The notes beneath the pieces are model-generated. The model was given only the letters and a program-made list of their open reading frames with translations, ran no database searches and had not been told where the DNA came from. From contig OU015567.1 in assembly GCA_907165135.1 (NCBI GenBank), positions 2,542,001 to 2,606,000 of the forward strand: a stretch of 64,000 bases of DNA, given 5' to 3'. This stretch comes from Oikopleura dioica. Lineage: Eukaryota; Animalia; Chordata. The translations under genes were made by a program, and so were the position numbers. Each line of letters opens with the position of its first letter. Position 1 is the first letter of the stretch. Below are positions 46,440-58,890 of the stretch, piece after piece.

Positions 46440-49250
46440 CCGGCGGCGGCAGTTGATCATTTCGTGGAGAATTTCTAGCTCCGTTCTCTGAACATAACAA
46501 TTTAAGGGTCTACTCGTCAATAATGACAAAAATCCTAATTGAGCTTATTTGAATCTGGCTTTTTCCAGATATAAGAAAAAAAACAAAACTGTTCGAAATT
46601 CGAATAGGTCCTCCTTATTCCACGCTCAACAAAAAAGCTTTATCTTTCAACCTTTCCATCTTTCATTGATCATTACACAAGAGGTGCTCTCCTTAATTCA
46701 AAAGCTCATTAGGTTGTTCTCAAAAACACCAAGGGCTAGGGTTACGTACCTGCTCAGTTTTGATCATCGGCATCCAGTTTGTTTTTGTTGCTTTTCTCAC
46801 GTTTGAAAAACGCCTGGAACCTAACGTCTTGCAAGAAAACGGTAAGGTCTTTCAAGCTAATAATAAGCTCATTGCCACTAATCGTATCCGACTTTTACAC
46901 TTTTTTACTGATTCTAAGGGGATGAAAAATCTCTAAGCATATTTCGGAAAGTCTGAGTCTGCTCGTGTCACGCTTCTGAATTTCCCTGCAACACAGGTCA
47001 CCGAAAAAAGTGCACGAAAAATTGCCGTCGGATTTGCATCTTTCGAACGTGACCTTGGCCGCTCATGAGTTGGTAGCTCTCATCTTCAAATGCCAGATCC
47101 GGTCTGGTGCTTAGCGCCTGTTTCTGATCCTCGCTCTCGTATTTGGCATCGCGTAGAGTCACCGGAAGTGCTTCTGGAGATTCTAAATCGCCGGGACGTT
47201 CTAACAGCGGGATCATCCCGTAACGAATTCTACACGCTGAATTCGGCCTTGACAATATTGATTACGGAAAAATTAAAAAGATGGCTTTCGTCTTTAAAAT
47301 TGGGGACGATCCCTTTATGAACAAGTTTATGCAAAATCTTCTGACTTTGCATCATTCTCGGTGGCGACTCAGGATGATAAATAGAGCTTGTATCAACAAC
47401 TCCAACTGCAGCTGGAGCCTTTAAAAAGTTGTTATCAAGAGTCCTTTTTTTATGAAAATGGGTTCGACCGGGAACTTTTTTCCTCACGTTTCACGTGGTT
47501 TGGGATAAAAATTGATAACGAGTGCCTTTGGGAATGAAGAGTAGTCGCCACGAAGGGGTAGATAGGCGCATTTAGGCGGCATTGGCACCGGTGCATCACG
47601 GATAAAGGCGATCATACGCGCTTGCCTATTCCAATCGTTAAGGACTTTTAGGGTCTTCTTTTCGGATTCTTCCTCGGCTTTCAGCTTTTTTGGTTTTTCG
47701 AGAGGGTTTTTATTTTGGATATCTTATGGTCAGATTGATGGTAATTATAAAGATATTGGACATAATAGAATTAAGTTATCAATTAAAAATATTCAAAAAA
47801 ATTACTTTAACGATCATGAAAAAGATTAATTATGGTTTTTTCAGACTTTTCAATTCTACATGATTAATTTTGGAAAAACGTTCCTTGGCCTGTTCTCTTC
47901 GAATTTCCATGGCTCGTTTGATTGCAGCGGCCCCTTCGTCAAGAATTTCCGAGTTGGGCGACTCGGACTTGAAACTTGCCGCTGACAAAGTGTCCCCGTC
48001 GGAGTCGGATACAACGAGGGATTCTTTTGGACTTGTCTCTTGACTCAGCCCAAGTTCAACGAATTCTAGAGTGATTTTTGTAAACAAGAGTGTTTTCGAC
48101 GGAAGAATTTCAATTTGCTAATTGTTGGTGAACTGGTCCTGTAAGTCGGCGAGTTTTGAGTGCCAAAGAGAAGGCCAAGATTGAAAGTGCTCATTCTTCT
48201 GTGAATTTTCTTCTTTTTCGCGTCCTTGGCCTCCTAAAATAATGCATTGTATCTTGGAAAACAAGGATGAAAAAGCAGGATGCTGCTGAATTTAATCTTG
48301 GCTTGCTACTTACATCTGCAGACATGGTTACGTAGAAACTCTCCACTGGTGTTGTTTGTTGACTTTTTGGGTTAAAAAGAAATGGAATTTTATGGGTTTT
48401 TATTGGCTGACCGAAAAAACTCTGATTTTTGATTGGTTGTTTTGAAAATAATGAATTTTGATTGCTTTCACCAAATTTTACTGATTTTTGATTGGTTTAT
48501 TGCGCCTCAGCCTCATTTTTAGATGGAAGAAGCACATTTTAACCCTGACTGTATGTAGGACTCGTCTCCGTCCCAAACAACAGTCCAAGGTTAAAAGTTG
48601 AAAGAGGCTTCGTCAATCGTCTTTTGAGCTTTCCAGTCCTCGAATCCTAAATCAAAGTTTCTCAACTAAACTTGACCAGTTATCTAAGAGAGCTTTTCAG
48701 AGAAGCCTCAGGTGTTCGAAACAAGTGTCGTTCTTCTAACAGAGGGCTAGAAACATACCTTGCGACTCACGTGACGACCGAACGGGGATGCAGGCGGAGC
48801 AGTGAATGCGTTTCTTTTTTGAGTTTTTGATCAAAATCAATGGACTAATTTACTTAGGAATAAGGAATCAATTATTTTTTGAAAGAAAAAAAGTCTGCTT
48901 TCGCCGATTTCTCAAATAATTATGGTTTTTTTCTATTTTCCAATGTTCACTTTCAAACTTATCCTGTTGAGAAGCGCATTTGTATCAAATTTTCTCAGTT
49001 GTTCGACCTTTAGCTTCGTCAATTTCTTGAGCTTCTTTAGATTCGGCTCTGATAAGCGCCTCTTTATCTTCCGGACGAATTTCTCTGCAGCCTGTATGTT
49101 GAAGGAATCCAATCTGCCAAATCGTTTTTCGACGGGCTTAAGGATATCCGATAAGTATTCTGCGTCGGAAGATAGGTCTTACTTTTGCTGGATAGACGAT
49201 TTGCTTGAGGAATTGGACCTTTGGATCCACCGGTGTTGGGGGTCTTTTTG
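46440..49250 (-). CDS. Unresolved multi-exon gene(s), low-complexity/charged product
   Basis: Several open segments (46998-47255, 47230-47400, 47830-48087, 48960-49170) with CTTAC-type donors on the plus strand; no family recognised. Confidence 0.3.
48402..48495 (-). repeat. Second CCAAT array with about 30-bp period
   Basis: ATTGG at 48402, 48432 and 48491, ATTGC at 48461; unit approx. CTGATTTTTGATTGGTT. Confidence 0.6.
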
Positions 49251-49311
49251 ATCGTCGAAAATTGACTGTTTCTCAAATTACCGTAAAATATCAAAAAGAT
49301 CATAAAAATGG

Positions 49312-49384
49312 TGTTTCCATTGGGGTTCGAACCCAAGACCTTTCGCGTGTAAAGCGAACGTGATAACCACTACACTATGGAAAC
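49312..49384 (-). tRNA. tRNA-Val (TAC), followed by genome-encoded CCA (49309-11) and T5
   Basis: GTTTCCA/TGGAAAC acceptor stem, TTCGC-TTTACAC-GCGAA anticodon arm, GGTTCGAACC B box. Confidence 0.95.
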
Positions 49385-49899
49385 AACTGGAAGTCGCTCT
49401 CCAATATCGGACAGTATCACTTCTACTTTTACAGTAGCAAGCGCAAGTATAACACGTTTGTGTCTAAAATGACCTCACAAAATTCAGCCCGCTATATTTA
49501 TTCACTGAGCGGGCAGCGGCCACTGCCACCGTATTTGAACCCGTAAGAATATGATTTTCGTCAATGTCATTTTTCGACAATTTCCTTGCATAAAAAGTAT
49601 TGCCGAAAAGAGCCGGGGATGATCCAATCTTTCGCAGCGTGTTTTTCGACCTGAAAAGAAAAGGAAAGGAGGGTATTTGGGGATGGCTTTGATTTGAACT
49701 AAGACTATCAATACGTCCTCTTATTATGGAAAAAAAAGTTGTCATCCTTTGATCGTTTATTTTGAAGCCAAGACGCGGAACGGGTTTTGTCATCATAAGT
49801 ATAACGAACCTAATCAACGGAAACCAGCTTTTCATTCTCTTTCACTACTAGTCTTATTCGTTGGTAAGGTAAGGGTTTTTATCAGATGAAGCAATTGCT

Positions 49900-52800
49900 T
49901 CAATTTTGTATAATTGATCTTAGTAAAATCTACGAGGTTGTTTTTTTTAAATTATTATCCATCGAATTCATAAAAGTAAAAATCTTCTTTGTCAAATTTT
50001 TTCGTATTATTATGGTTTTTGACTTTTCTCTTGAAAAAAAATCATATTTACCTTTTGAAAGTTCTCCCAAACATCGCGGCCAGCAACAATGTTTTATCAA
50101 TGACATCAATCGTTTTTCTCCTAAACATTGGCTTCTTTTTCTTCTTCTTTTTCCTTTTATCGGGAGTTGAATTTATCGATCTGTCGGATGCAATTTCTAT
50201 TTCCGCTTTCGGAAGCTTCAAATGAGCTTGATGAAGAGCTTCAGAATCGTCGCACTCGAGCAGGGCTTCTTGTCTCTCCGCTTCTTCGAGATCGAATTTG
50301 AACAGCCTAGAAACAGGGTTTTAGAAATTGACGTTTTCTCGAGTTCAAGAAGGGCTTTTAGAAGGATTATTTTAACGAGACGGCTAATTGGATTATTTTC
50401 TTCTGCCAAAGTCAAGGCAGGCTCGATCCAGGAAGTTGAAATAATAAACGGCGAAATAATTGAAAAGTCGATCCAAAAACGACCAAAAAGACTTGCAAAA
50501 ATAGTCCATTTTAGAGCCTAATATTCCCTATGGACGTTCTTTTCTGCATATACAATATATAGTCAGGCACGTAAGAGAAAGAACAGGATGCGTTAAATAA
50601 TTAAATGAACTTACTCTCTCGGGATCGCACCAAAATGCCAGATCATGAATTTGTTATCATAATCCTCAATGTGCTCCTCTTCTTCCTCTTCCACGATTTT
50701 GTAAATTTCGTATTTCGATTTTTCCATCTCGGGCGATTCTAATTATACTCGTTCAAAAAACATTTCCTCTTAACTTTGCACTCTCATTTTTTTGACCGAG
50801 ACCTGAAAGCTCTTCTTTTTTCTCCACCTCCTTTGCTTTTTCCTTTTCTGCTTCCTCTTCAGCTTTTTTCTTCTGCTTTTCTGCCCATCTATCTTGACTA
50901 TCTTTAATTTTCTTGGCGATTTTTTCGGCCTCTGTCATATTTTCTTCTGATTTTTCTTCAGAAGATTCTTTTGAAGCTCCTTTTTCGTCGTTTTCCTTCT
51001 CAGAACCGGTCGTTTTTTCTGTTGATTCTTTCGATTCATCTGCTTTTTGAAATTTTCATCAGTTTTAAGCCTTTTCAATATATTTTGTGAGTTTACGGGA
51101 AGAGCCACAGAGATCTGTTAATGAGTGAAAACATTCCTTTTGCGGCGGGCAAGGGTTCGACTCTCTGCTTGCCTGCTTGTGTCATGTCTTTGACGAGGAA
51201 CAAGCCCATTGACAAGGTTGCCGAAACTTCCGCCACAATTGCTAAGAACATATCAGTAGATTCATTTCTTTTAGACAAAACTCGCAGTTATACTTACTCA
51301 GAAAAATAAAAATGACTCCAAGTCCAATTTTCGGATCTTTTTCTTGGCCGTCAACGAGTTCTTCGGGAGTTTTCTTCTTGACGATCTCGCAGAACTAAGA
51401 AAACTACAGTAACTACTGAAAAAAGAGTATTTTTGATGAAAAAGTGGTTTTAACGGAGCGTCCCCCTTAAATTCAGAGCCTCTGTGCCCTAGAACATGCA
51501 GTTAGAACTTCGCCATTCGACAGTATCTCAAGTGCGCACAGAGCAAAAAATATTAGCAGCGTTTGCCTTGCCGCAATCACCAGCCGCAGTCGCCGGCTTT
51601 GAACTCCGAATATTCTAACACTATCTTATCCGCTCTGTTCAAATAATTATTAGGGTCATCCCTCGAATTTCTTATAATGAATTTTGAAATTCGAAAATCT
51701 TGTACCTTTTTGAATTCCGTAAAAGTAGAAATCGCGCCTTCTTGAGTATTAAAGAAGTTGCAGTATCCTCGGCAATGCCCAATCCAAGGAAGTTTGCCTT
51801 CAGAAAGTGACGATTTTGCCGACATCCCGCTGAAAACACAACCAAAAAGGACCAAAATAAACATCATTATTCGCAGAAATTTCAATTTTTGAAATTGCGA
51901 TGCTGGAAGCGCTTTTCAAAAGGCTCTAGAACTGTTTCTCTTCGCGATGACAGCGAACTAAGCCGCTCAATTCCATAATTCTCGATTATTGGTGACGGAT
52001 GACGCGCCAATTGACCACTTTCAAATCCGCAATTGGTGCGAGGAGGATAATAAAGCGAGTTCGTACCGATCTTTACGAATTCCGGTACAGATTTAACTCA
52101 AGGGAGACGCCCTCAAAATCGGATTAGCGCGTAACAGCCCCAGAAAAATCGAGATTGGAAGGGCGAAAGTTGGGTTTTCCGGAATTTTACAGCGAAATTC
52201 GTGAAATTTCATTCATTGAACGGGATAAAATTATTGATAACATATCAAAAAAAGAGGTAAAAATATGAAAATTGCATGAGAGACCACGTGCGAGAGCCAT
52301 TCCTTTGGTATCCATAGATAACTCGGCGACGCTTATCAGAAGACCAAAACTATTCAACGGTTATCGAATCAAGTTTTCGAACTTTCGTTGTTTCAAAACT
52401 CGAATGACTGAAAGTACAAAAATGTAACCCCCTTAGCAACCGGAAATGCAACCGCTCACGCCCCTAAGCCAAGCGGACCATTTGCGACGTGTGTCACTAA
52501 TTCGTTTATCACCACAAGCTGACCACGGTCGCTGGCGAGCGCACAACTTGCCAGGCCATTGTCAACCGTTTTCTTTCGTTTAGAGCAGGGCACCTTTCGA
52601 ACTTGCGGTCACAAAGTTGACAGCAACGGGCAATAAGTTGGAACGAAACTGAACGAGATTTTGATTAGCTCTAGAAACTCAGGAATCAACGGGAAATTTG
52701 AAATTTTTCCGTGTTTTTGGCTACATTTCGATAACCGTGACCTAAGAAGGAAGACAGAAATAGTGAGGTTTTCTCTGGCATCAATGGAAGCTTTTTGAGT

Positions 52801-53300
52801 TGCATCTGGGAAGTAGCCGGTGCCACCAGAAGGATAGCAACTTGTGTTGAGGCAACAGGAAGAGATACCAACAGCAATGTCTATTGATTCTTCGCCTCCA
52901 CCAGGGTCATGAATGGTGTAAGAGAACCATTTTTTCGAATACCTAAAATATTTTTTTGCACGCAAAAACCTCAGCTAGAATGATATCTCTAAAATTTGTA
53001 TAAGTTATCAAGTTTTATACGAAAAAAATTTGGATAAATTAATTTATAGTCTATAATTTAATATTATAGAATTGTAAACATAGAAGAGTGGTACCATTTT
53101 TTCAAGCAGAAGGTGTACCTGGTTATCAGACAAGTTATCAAAGCTACGAAAACAAGCAATGTATGAACGATTTCTCTTGTAATTCCAAAGCTTCCCGGCT
53201 TCTTGGTCTTCTTCTCTTTCTCCATCTTCTTCTTTTCTTTACTTTCACTCTCTTTTGACTTTTCTTCCTCATCTTTCGACTCTTCCGTCATACTTTTTTT
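49900..53300 (-). CDS. Unresolved multi-exon gene(s): a type II TM start near 53300 and E/K-rich exons near 50750-51050
   Basis: MTEESKDEEEK...IVHTLLVFVALITCLIT exon; open segments 52700-52940, 51577-51830, 50753-51050 and 50050-50420. Confidence 0.3.
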
Positions 53301-53842
53301 TGAATACTGGTTGATAAAGTTTCGGTGGAAATCCACGAAATCTTCTCTCAAACTAAGCAAGAGGCAATTACAAGCAGGAAGTCGTCATGCGAAGCAAGAA
53401 TAAAAAATTGATATGCGAAAGCAGTGCAGAGCTAAATGTAATTTATTCACAAGTACCACAGTGCCTCAGCGCCGCCCTACTGTAATGAGCAATGTTATAT
53501 GCAAGCGCGCTGAAGAAAACACTTGTTGCTGCAGGAAGTGAGCGATAATGCATAATTGCTTTGAGCAAGACATCAACTTACAGAATTCTAGCGCCTGCCA
53601 TGAACATTATATTTAGAAAGATGGAAGATTCTTGATGTTTATACTTATGTTAAAAATTAGAAAAAAGTCTTTTTGCTGGTAAGTTTTTTGAAATATTATT
53701 CTTAGAGAATAGACTATCGGATTTTCTTCCTTGATTTCTGTTGTATAATATTTGCCGAAAATTGGCTCAATGTGACTGTAAATGTCAAAGAGTCCGGCTG
53801 ATTTCTAGTCAACTCTTCTGAAATTCAGTTTTTCTCAATATA

Positions 53843-55488
53843 ATGAGAGAGATATTGCTATTTATATTCGGCACTGCAGGTAGTCTTTCAAAGAATACAC
53901 GATCATGCCCGTAAGTATCTGAACTTCATTCGATATACTTATAAATAATAAAGGGATCAAGAACTTGGAGATCAATGCGATGCTCAATGCCGTCTTATTT
54001 TCATTGAATGTCGAGGAAACTGTGCAGATTCTGTCTGCGAATCTGTGTGCTTGCATGAGTACTCAGAATGCAATGATTCTTGTCCTTGTTTTCATGATTG
54101 TCCCGATGGATGTGATGGTTGTAAGCACCCTCTTTGCTTTTGTAAGAATCCGGAGCTTGACAATCCGATATACAAGCAATGTATTGAAGAGGCTGCAGCT
54201 CGTCAAAAAAAGTGCGTTACCACTTGCTACGCCAATAACGCATGTTTCGAGAGATGTAACGACGACTTTTTTATTGATTCTGCAAGATGCCCTTGTATGT
54301 CAGAATGTCCAACTGGGTGTCCATGTGATGGCGGTTATAAATGTCAGCCATTTATAACTTCAATATGTCAGAGATATAGTTATAAGCACAGTTATATCAT
54401 CTCAGCTGATGGATCGTTCAAGGAAAGCTTTTGATAATATTCAGAAAAATTCTTACAATATTGGTTAAGAAAATAATGCATTTTTTCTGTTTTTACTATG
54501 ACTTCAAGTGTGTGAGTCATCAATTTTATATATCACTTGAGCTTGTTGAAAGGACAATCGCTATTATTCAACTCCTGATGTAGATGGATTCTCTCTTGAA
54601 GGTGTCAGAAATGGATATTTGAACGGAGAAATATTCTTCTTTGGTGGAAATAATAGTCCAAGACAAATTACAAAATTAAATGAATGCTCGATAGAACTTA
54701 TTTCTATAACGCTTCTAAACGATTTTGAAATCGATGGCATGCTTGTGACAGTACCAACAATGCCAAATGAGATTCTCCTGTGTTCTGGTTCTGCTCCTTA
54801 TACAAAATGCGAAGACTTCAATGGGCAAATAACGCGAAATAATCCGTATGTAATGAACTTCCAACATGATTGTGGCTGTATGGCTCTGGACAACAATATG
54901 CCAACTGCTATTGCTGGTAGAGACACAGAAACAGGAGATGTTCATTCGAAAATCGAAATTCTCGGACTCAGTGGTTGGCAATACGGTAAAAATCACCCGA
55001 TCGCTGCAAGATGCATGGGCTGCGTTTCTTTGGGAAATGGAATACTTACACTCGGAGGAAACAAAATAACTGATGGTGAAAATAATTTTTCCGATGAAAT
55101 TTATTTGCTTCGGAATAATGAATGGTCATTTGCGGGTCGGTTGCAACAGGTCATTACATATAATTGTTCTTATTCGAGCTAAAATTAAGGGAGTTGTGAC
55201 ATCTAGTCTTCTGTTTTTTGACGAATTTATAATTTCTTTTGCTGGAAGCTCTTATTCCGAGTAAGATCCCGAAAAAATGATGACATAGTTTCAATATGTT
55301 TATTAAGAAATGCCATTGTTGAGCGACTTGAATGGAATGGAACTCACGTAACTTCATCAACGACTATACATGAACATAATCATTTGTGTTTTCATCCGAT
55401 TGTCTTTAAGACATCCCCTGATAAATGTGTTGATTCCTGCGCTGATTCCTGCTTTTCTTGGGAAGTTAAAGATCATTTTTTTTATTAA
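53843..55488 (+). CDS. Secreted protein with two Cys-rich modules followed by a kelch-like/beta-propeller-like region
   Basis: Signal MREILLFIFGTAG; CPCFHDCPDGCDGCKHPLC and CPCMSECPTGCPC; repeats with FFGG, AIAG, TLGG, W..G motifs. Confidence 0.75.
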
Positions 55489-55681
55489 ATCAATGCAAAA
55501 ATAAAACCGTTCTTGTTACTCAACGACTTTTTTTGTCGACAAATCATCGAAGCATTTTTAAAATTTTTGAATTTATTTATTACAAAATTGTTTATCTGAT
55601 AACTGTACAGCTTCAAAGAGTATTTCCTCGAAGTAAATCGCTTGATCAGGATATTTTTCAATCCAGTTTCCAGATCGGATC

Positions 55682-56568
55682 TCAGCACTCGTTGCGGACG
55701 GTGCCGTCGGGGCAGCATTTTTGAATTCCAAATGAATTAAATAAAGTAAAGGCGCTTTCCGCGGGTTCTCAAAGTGCCCAAGTTACATAATAACAAAAAT
55801 AAACGATCGGGCAAACCCTTTCCTTTTGACTCCGCCGCAGCATTCAGCTTTGAAAATTGTCCTCGATTGAATCTTCGAGCAATTAGCGGGGTCTTAAAAA
55901 TAAAATCATCAAAACCGCCGGTGAATTTTATGAGTCTAATCAACAACTAATAATTGGTAATATAGGTGTCCAAAAATTTGCAGCATGAACTTGCCAATTC
56001 ATTACTTCCTGGACGAAAACTAACCATTGTAATCAAATGGCCCCATGAAAGTATGAAAAGTTTGTTGGTAGACATCAAGTTCCTCAGCAATGTCCAGAGC
56101 GAATTGATGATCGCAGTTGAACACTTCTCTCTCGCAAGTTGCAAGTCGATCTCGAGCTCTGATAGCCCCGCTGGAGCTGTATCGGATCTTGTAATTCGCC
56201 GCCTCGGTGCAGTCTTTTCCATATTCACGTTGGACGCATTTCTGGCAGTTTTTGTACTTTCGGCAGACGGCATCGAGGGCATCGACGGGCTGGCCAGTTC
56301 CGTGGTGGTCGAGTTGATCTCCTCTGATGAGACAATGGCAACCATACGAGAAGTATTTTGTATCGTCAAAATTTGGCCTAGAAATCTCGGGTAAAAATTT
56401 TCGATTTTTAGCGGTTATTTCAAAATTTCAAAAGAAAAACTCAAAATTTTCATCTCAGTAAAAACTGTACCTGTAATGTCTGATCATCTCTAGAAGCGTG
56501 TCCAGTCTCTCAGGTTGTGAAGCCTGTGCGATTTTCGCCGAGATCGCGAAGATACCAAAAACTTTCAT
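55682..56568 (-). CDS. Secreted PLA2-like protein 3, catalytic His-Asp absent (correct frame is missing from the supplied ORF track)
   Basis: MKVFGIFAISAK...HYR|PNFDDTKYFSYGCHC...PVDALDAVCRKYKNCQKC...FNCD...CCG|EPAESAFTLFN...CCPDGTVRNEC-stop. Confidence 0.85.
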
Positions 56569-58099
56569 GTTTCAAAAAGTACTTTTCAAAATTTACAGCT
56601 AATTCGTGCTTTTATCAAGCCTCAGAATGACTCGGGTACTTTCTGGATTCTTTTCAGAATGGCTCAGATGGCGTCAGAGAGCGCGCCTGATTGCGCCGCG
56701 GATTGAATCATTTGCGTGTTGTGGGAACAAGCGGTAGTGAGGTGGAGTTGTAGATAGTAAAAACGCACGGCAAACAACTTTTTTTTTGACTTATCGCACG
56801 GAGCGAAAATAAGCGCGCTCTAAAATGATATGGGATTAACTTTAGTATTATGAATACATCCCTTTTAAACCTGAGTATACTTCGGGTGCAATATTAGACT
56901 CTGGACTCCGGAGTCTGGAGTACAGAGCGGCTATTCTTTAACAAAAATCTAAAAATTGAAATTTTATTTTCGAATCAAGATTTCCCGCAATATTGCCAGA
57001 CTTTTTAGTCCTGGAAAATTTTTATGGTTATCCATAATTTTTATTAAAAGTTTTCCACCATAAATAACGAAAATATTTGTATACAGAAGGCGCAATTTTA
57101 ATACCCTTGAGATAAAGGCACGCGTTTATCCCGGGAATATCACCTCGGATCAGCCGCGCGGCAAGGCGCCTTTGAACTTGAAGCCATATGGATTTCTCGA
57201 CAAGGGACTTTACATAAGATCTTCATTTGAAAAGTTCATTTTTCGGCGATTTTTGGTCGTTCAGCAAGTTTTGACAAAAGTTCCCATTTCGTGTTATGAT
57301 TGAAAATACCAGATTTCTTCGCGGAATCGATGATGAACAAGATTTATTTTTATCCAAAAAGGGTTGTCCGCCGCCCGGGAACATGAAAAAATTGGCTCAA
57401 ACAAGAAAACACTGTTTTCTTTTTTCAAATCGAGGCTTCCTTTTCCTTCAGATTTCTTGAAAGCAGAATCGATTCTTTCATTTGAAAAATATTTATTGAA
57501 AATTGGATCATTTAAAAAGTACAAGATACAAATTATTCGTCCATAATGCCCGAGTCGGCGGATCAAAGGCGGACACTCTTGTTTGGCTGTCCAAAAGGGC
57601 TCGGCGAAAATTTACGGAGAGCGCTGCGGAGCTCGAAATAAGCGCCCTTTATTATTGTTTTACCGACACCTTTGCCAAGTTCAACTCCGCAAGGGGATTT
57701 TACTAGCGCCCCGTGCATTCCATAAAACAGCCAAACAGGAAGTCCGGGAAGTCAAGAACTTCAAGAAAAAAAAAAGAATTGAAAAGAACCAAAAAAGAGA
57801 GAATGATCATTGGAATGAAGATTTTGAAGTTTTCAGGAAGTTGAAAAGAAATAAAAAAAAACAAGAGTTCAAAAGAGAAAAATACTGATTAATATTTTTC
57901 GTTGTAATTATTGCAAAAACAATAAATATTTTTTTTTGATTATAGAATTAGATTCATTAATTAACATTGATTAGTGACGAACATCGTTCAAAAGTTTAAT
58001 GATTGGTAGAGCAAGTTTCCTGTTCGACAAATACTTATATTTTCAACATCAAAAGCGCTCATTGCTTGCATCAATTCGAGTTTCTCACGAACACAAAAA

Positions 58100-58890
58100 T
58101 CCACGACTCTTCCGAAACATGTGCAATCGACGACCGTCCGAGGGCTGAAATGTAATTATCTCCTTCCTGACAATGACAATTATGAAATTAACTTTTCAGA
58201 CTACTTGTACGCAGACCCTGTGACATTTCTTGAAGCGGTTCAGCTCTGTGATGAGCGCGGGAAAGGGCTGATTGATAAAATAAGCATCAAAGTCATTCAA
58301 TTATAAACAGGCAACTAAACGGGGTCAATTAAAATCGGGTCCGATTTTGCCAAATCTTCAATTTTGCCATTTACTTTGACGCCCGGAGAAAAATGTTTAA
58401 TTGCAAAACTCTAGTGCAATCCAAACATCATAAAACCGAGCCCTTTAAAAAAGCCAGACATTAGCGAACATTTCCGACCGGATCCAGCAGTCCCAATTGG
58501 CCATCCGCCACTGGCAACGGCTCAATCCATGGATAGGTCAGTCTTTTTCTTCCGGTTATTATTTGCTCTCCGAACTTATCGAAACCTTTTAGGAATCGTG
58601 AATTTCCAAGGAAGCATGCGCTGGGTGTCCGACTTCTCGCTCGTCAACGATCGTCAAAAAAGACGGTAAGAACTTTTGAGCTTTAACAAATCCTCCTGTC
58701 CTGAGTTTGATGGCCACCCAAGGGTTGAAAGTTTAAAGGATTATATATCTTTTTTAGGAACTGGTCATACAATGATGTTCAAAGAGCGAAAAGGCACACG
58801 CTTCATCCGTCGGAATGCTCAGCATTTATGTCTCAGGAGAACTATGGGAACAGGGTCTTATTTGTTTCGAGAGTACATCATTGATAGGAC
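58100..58890 (+). CDS. Probable C-type lectin-like gene, possibly frameshifted
   Basis: Exons VTFLEAVQLCDERG, TLANISD...LNPWI|G, GSMRWVSD, NWSY...PSEC followed in a shifted frame by SIYVSGELWEQGLICF. Confidence 0.4.

Noticed and set aside
55947-56369. Supplied 140-aa ORF taken as the gene product
   Set aside because: Wrong frame; another frame on the same strand encodes the clear PLA2-like exon (YGCHC...PVDALD)
56738-56758. let-7-like sequence TGAGGTGGAGTTGTAGATAGT
   Set aside because: Seed mismatch and no complementary arm nearby to form a precursor hairpin
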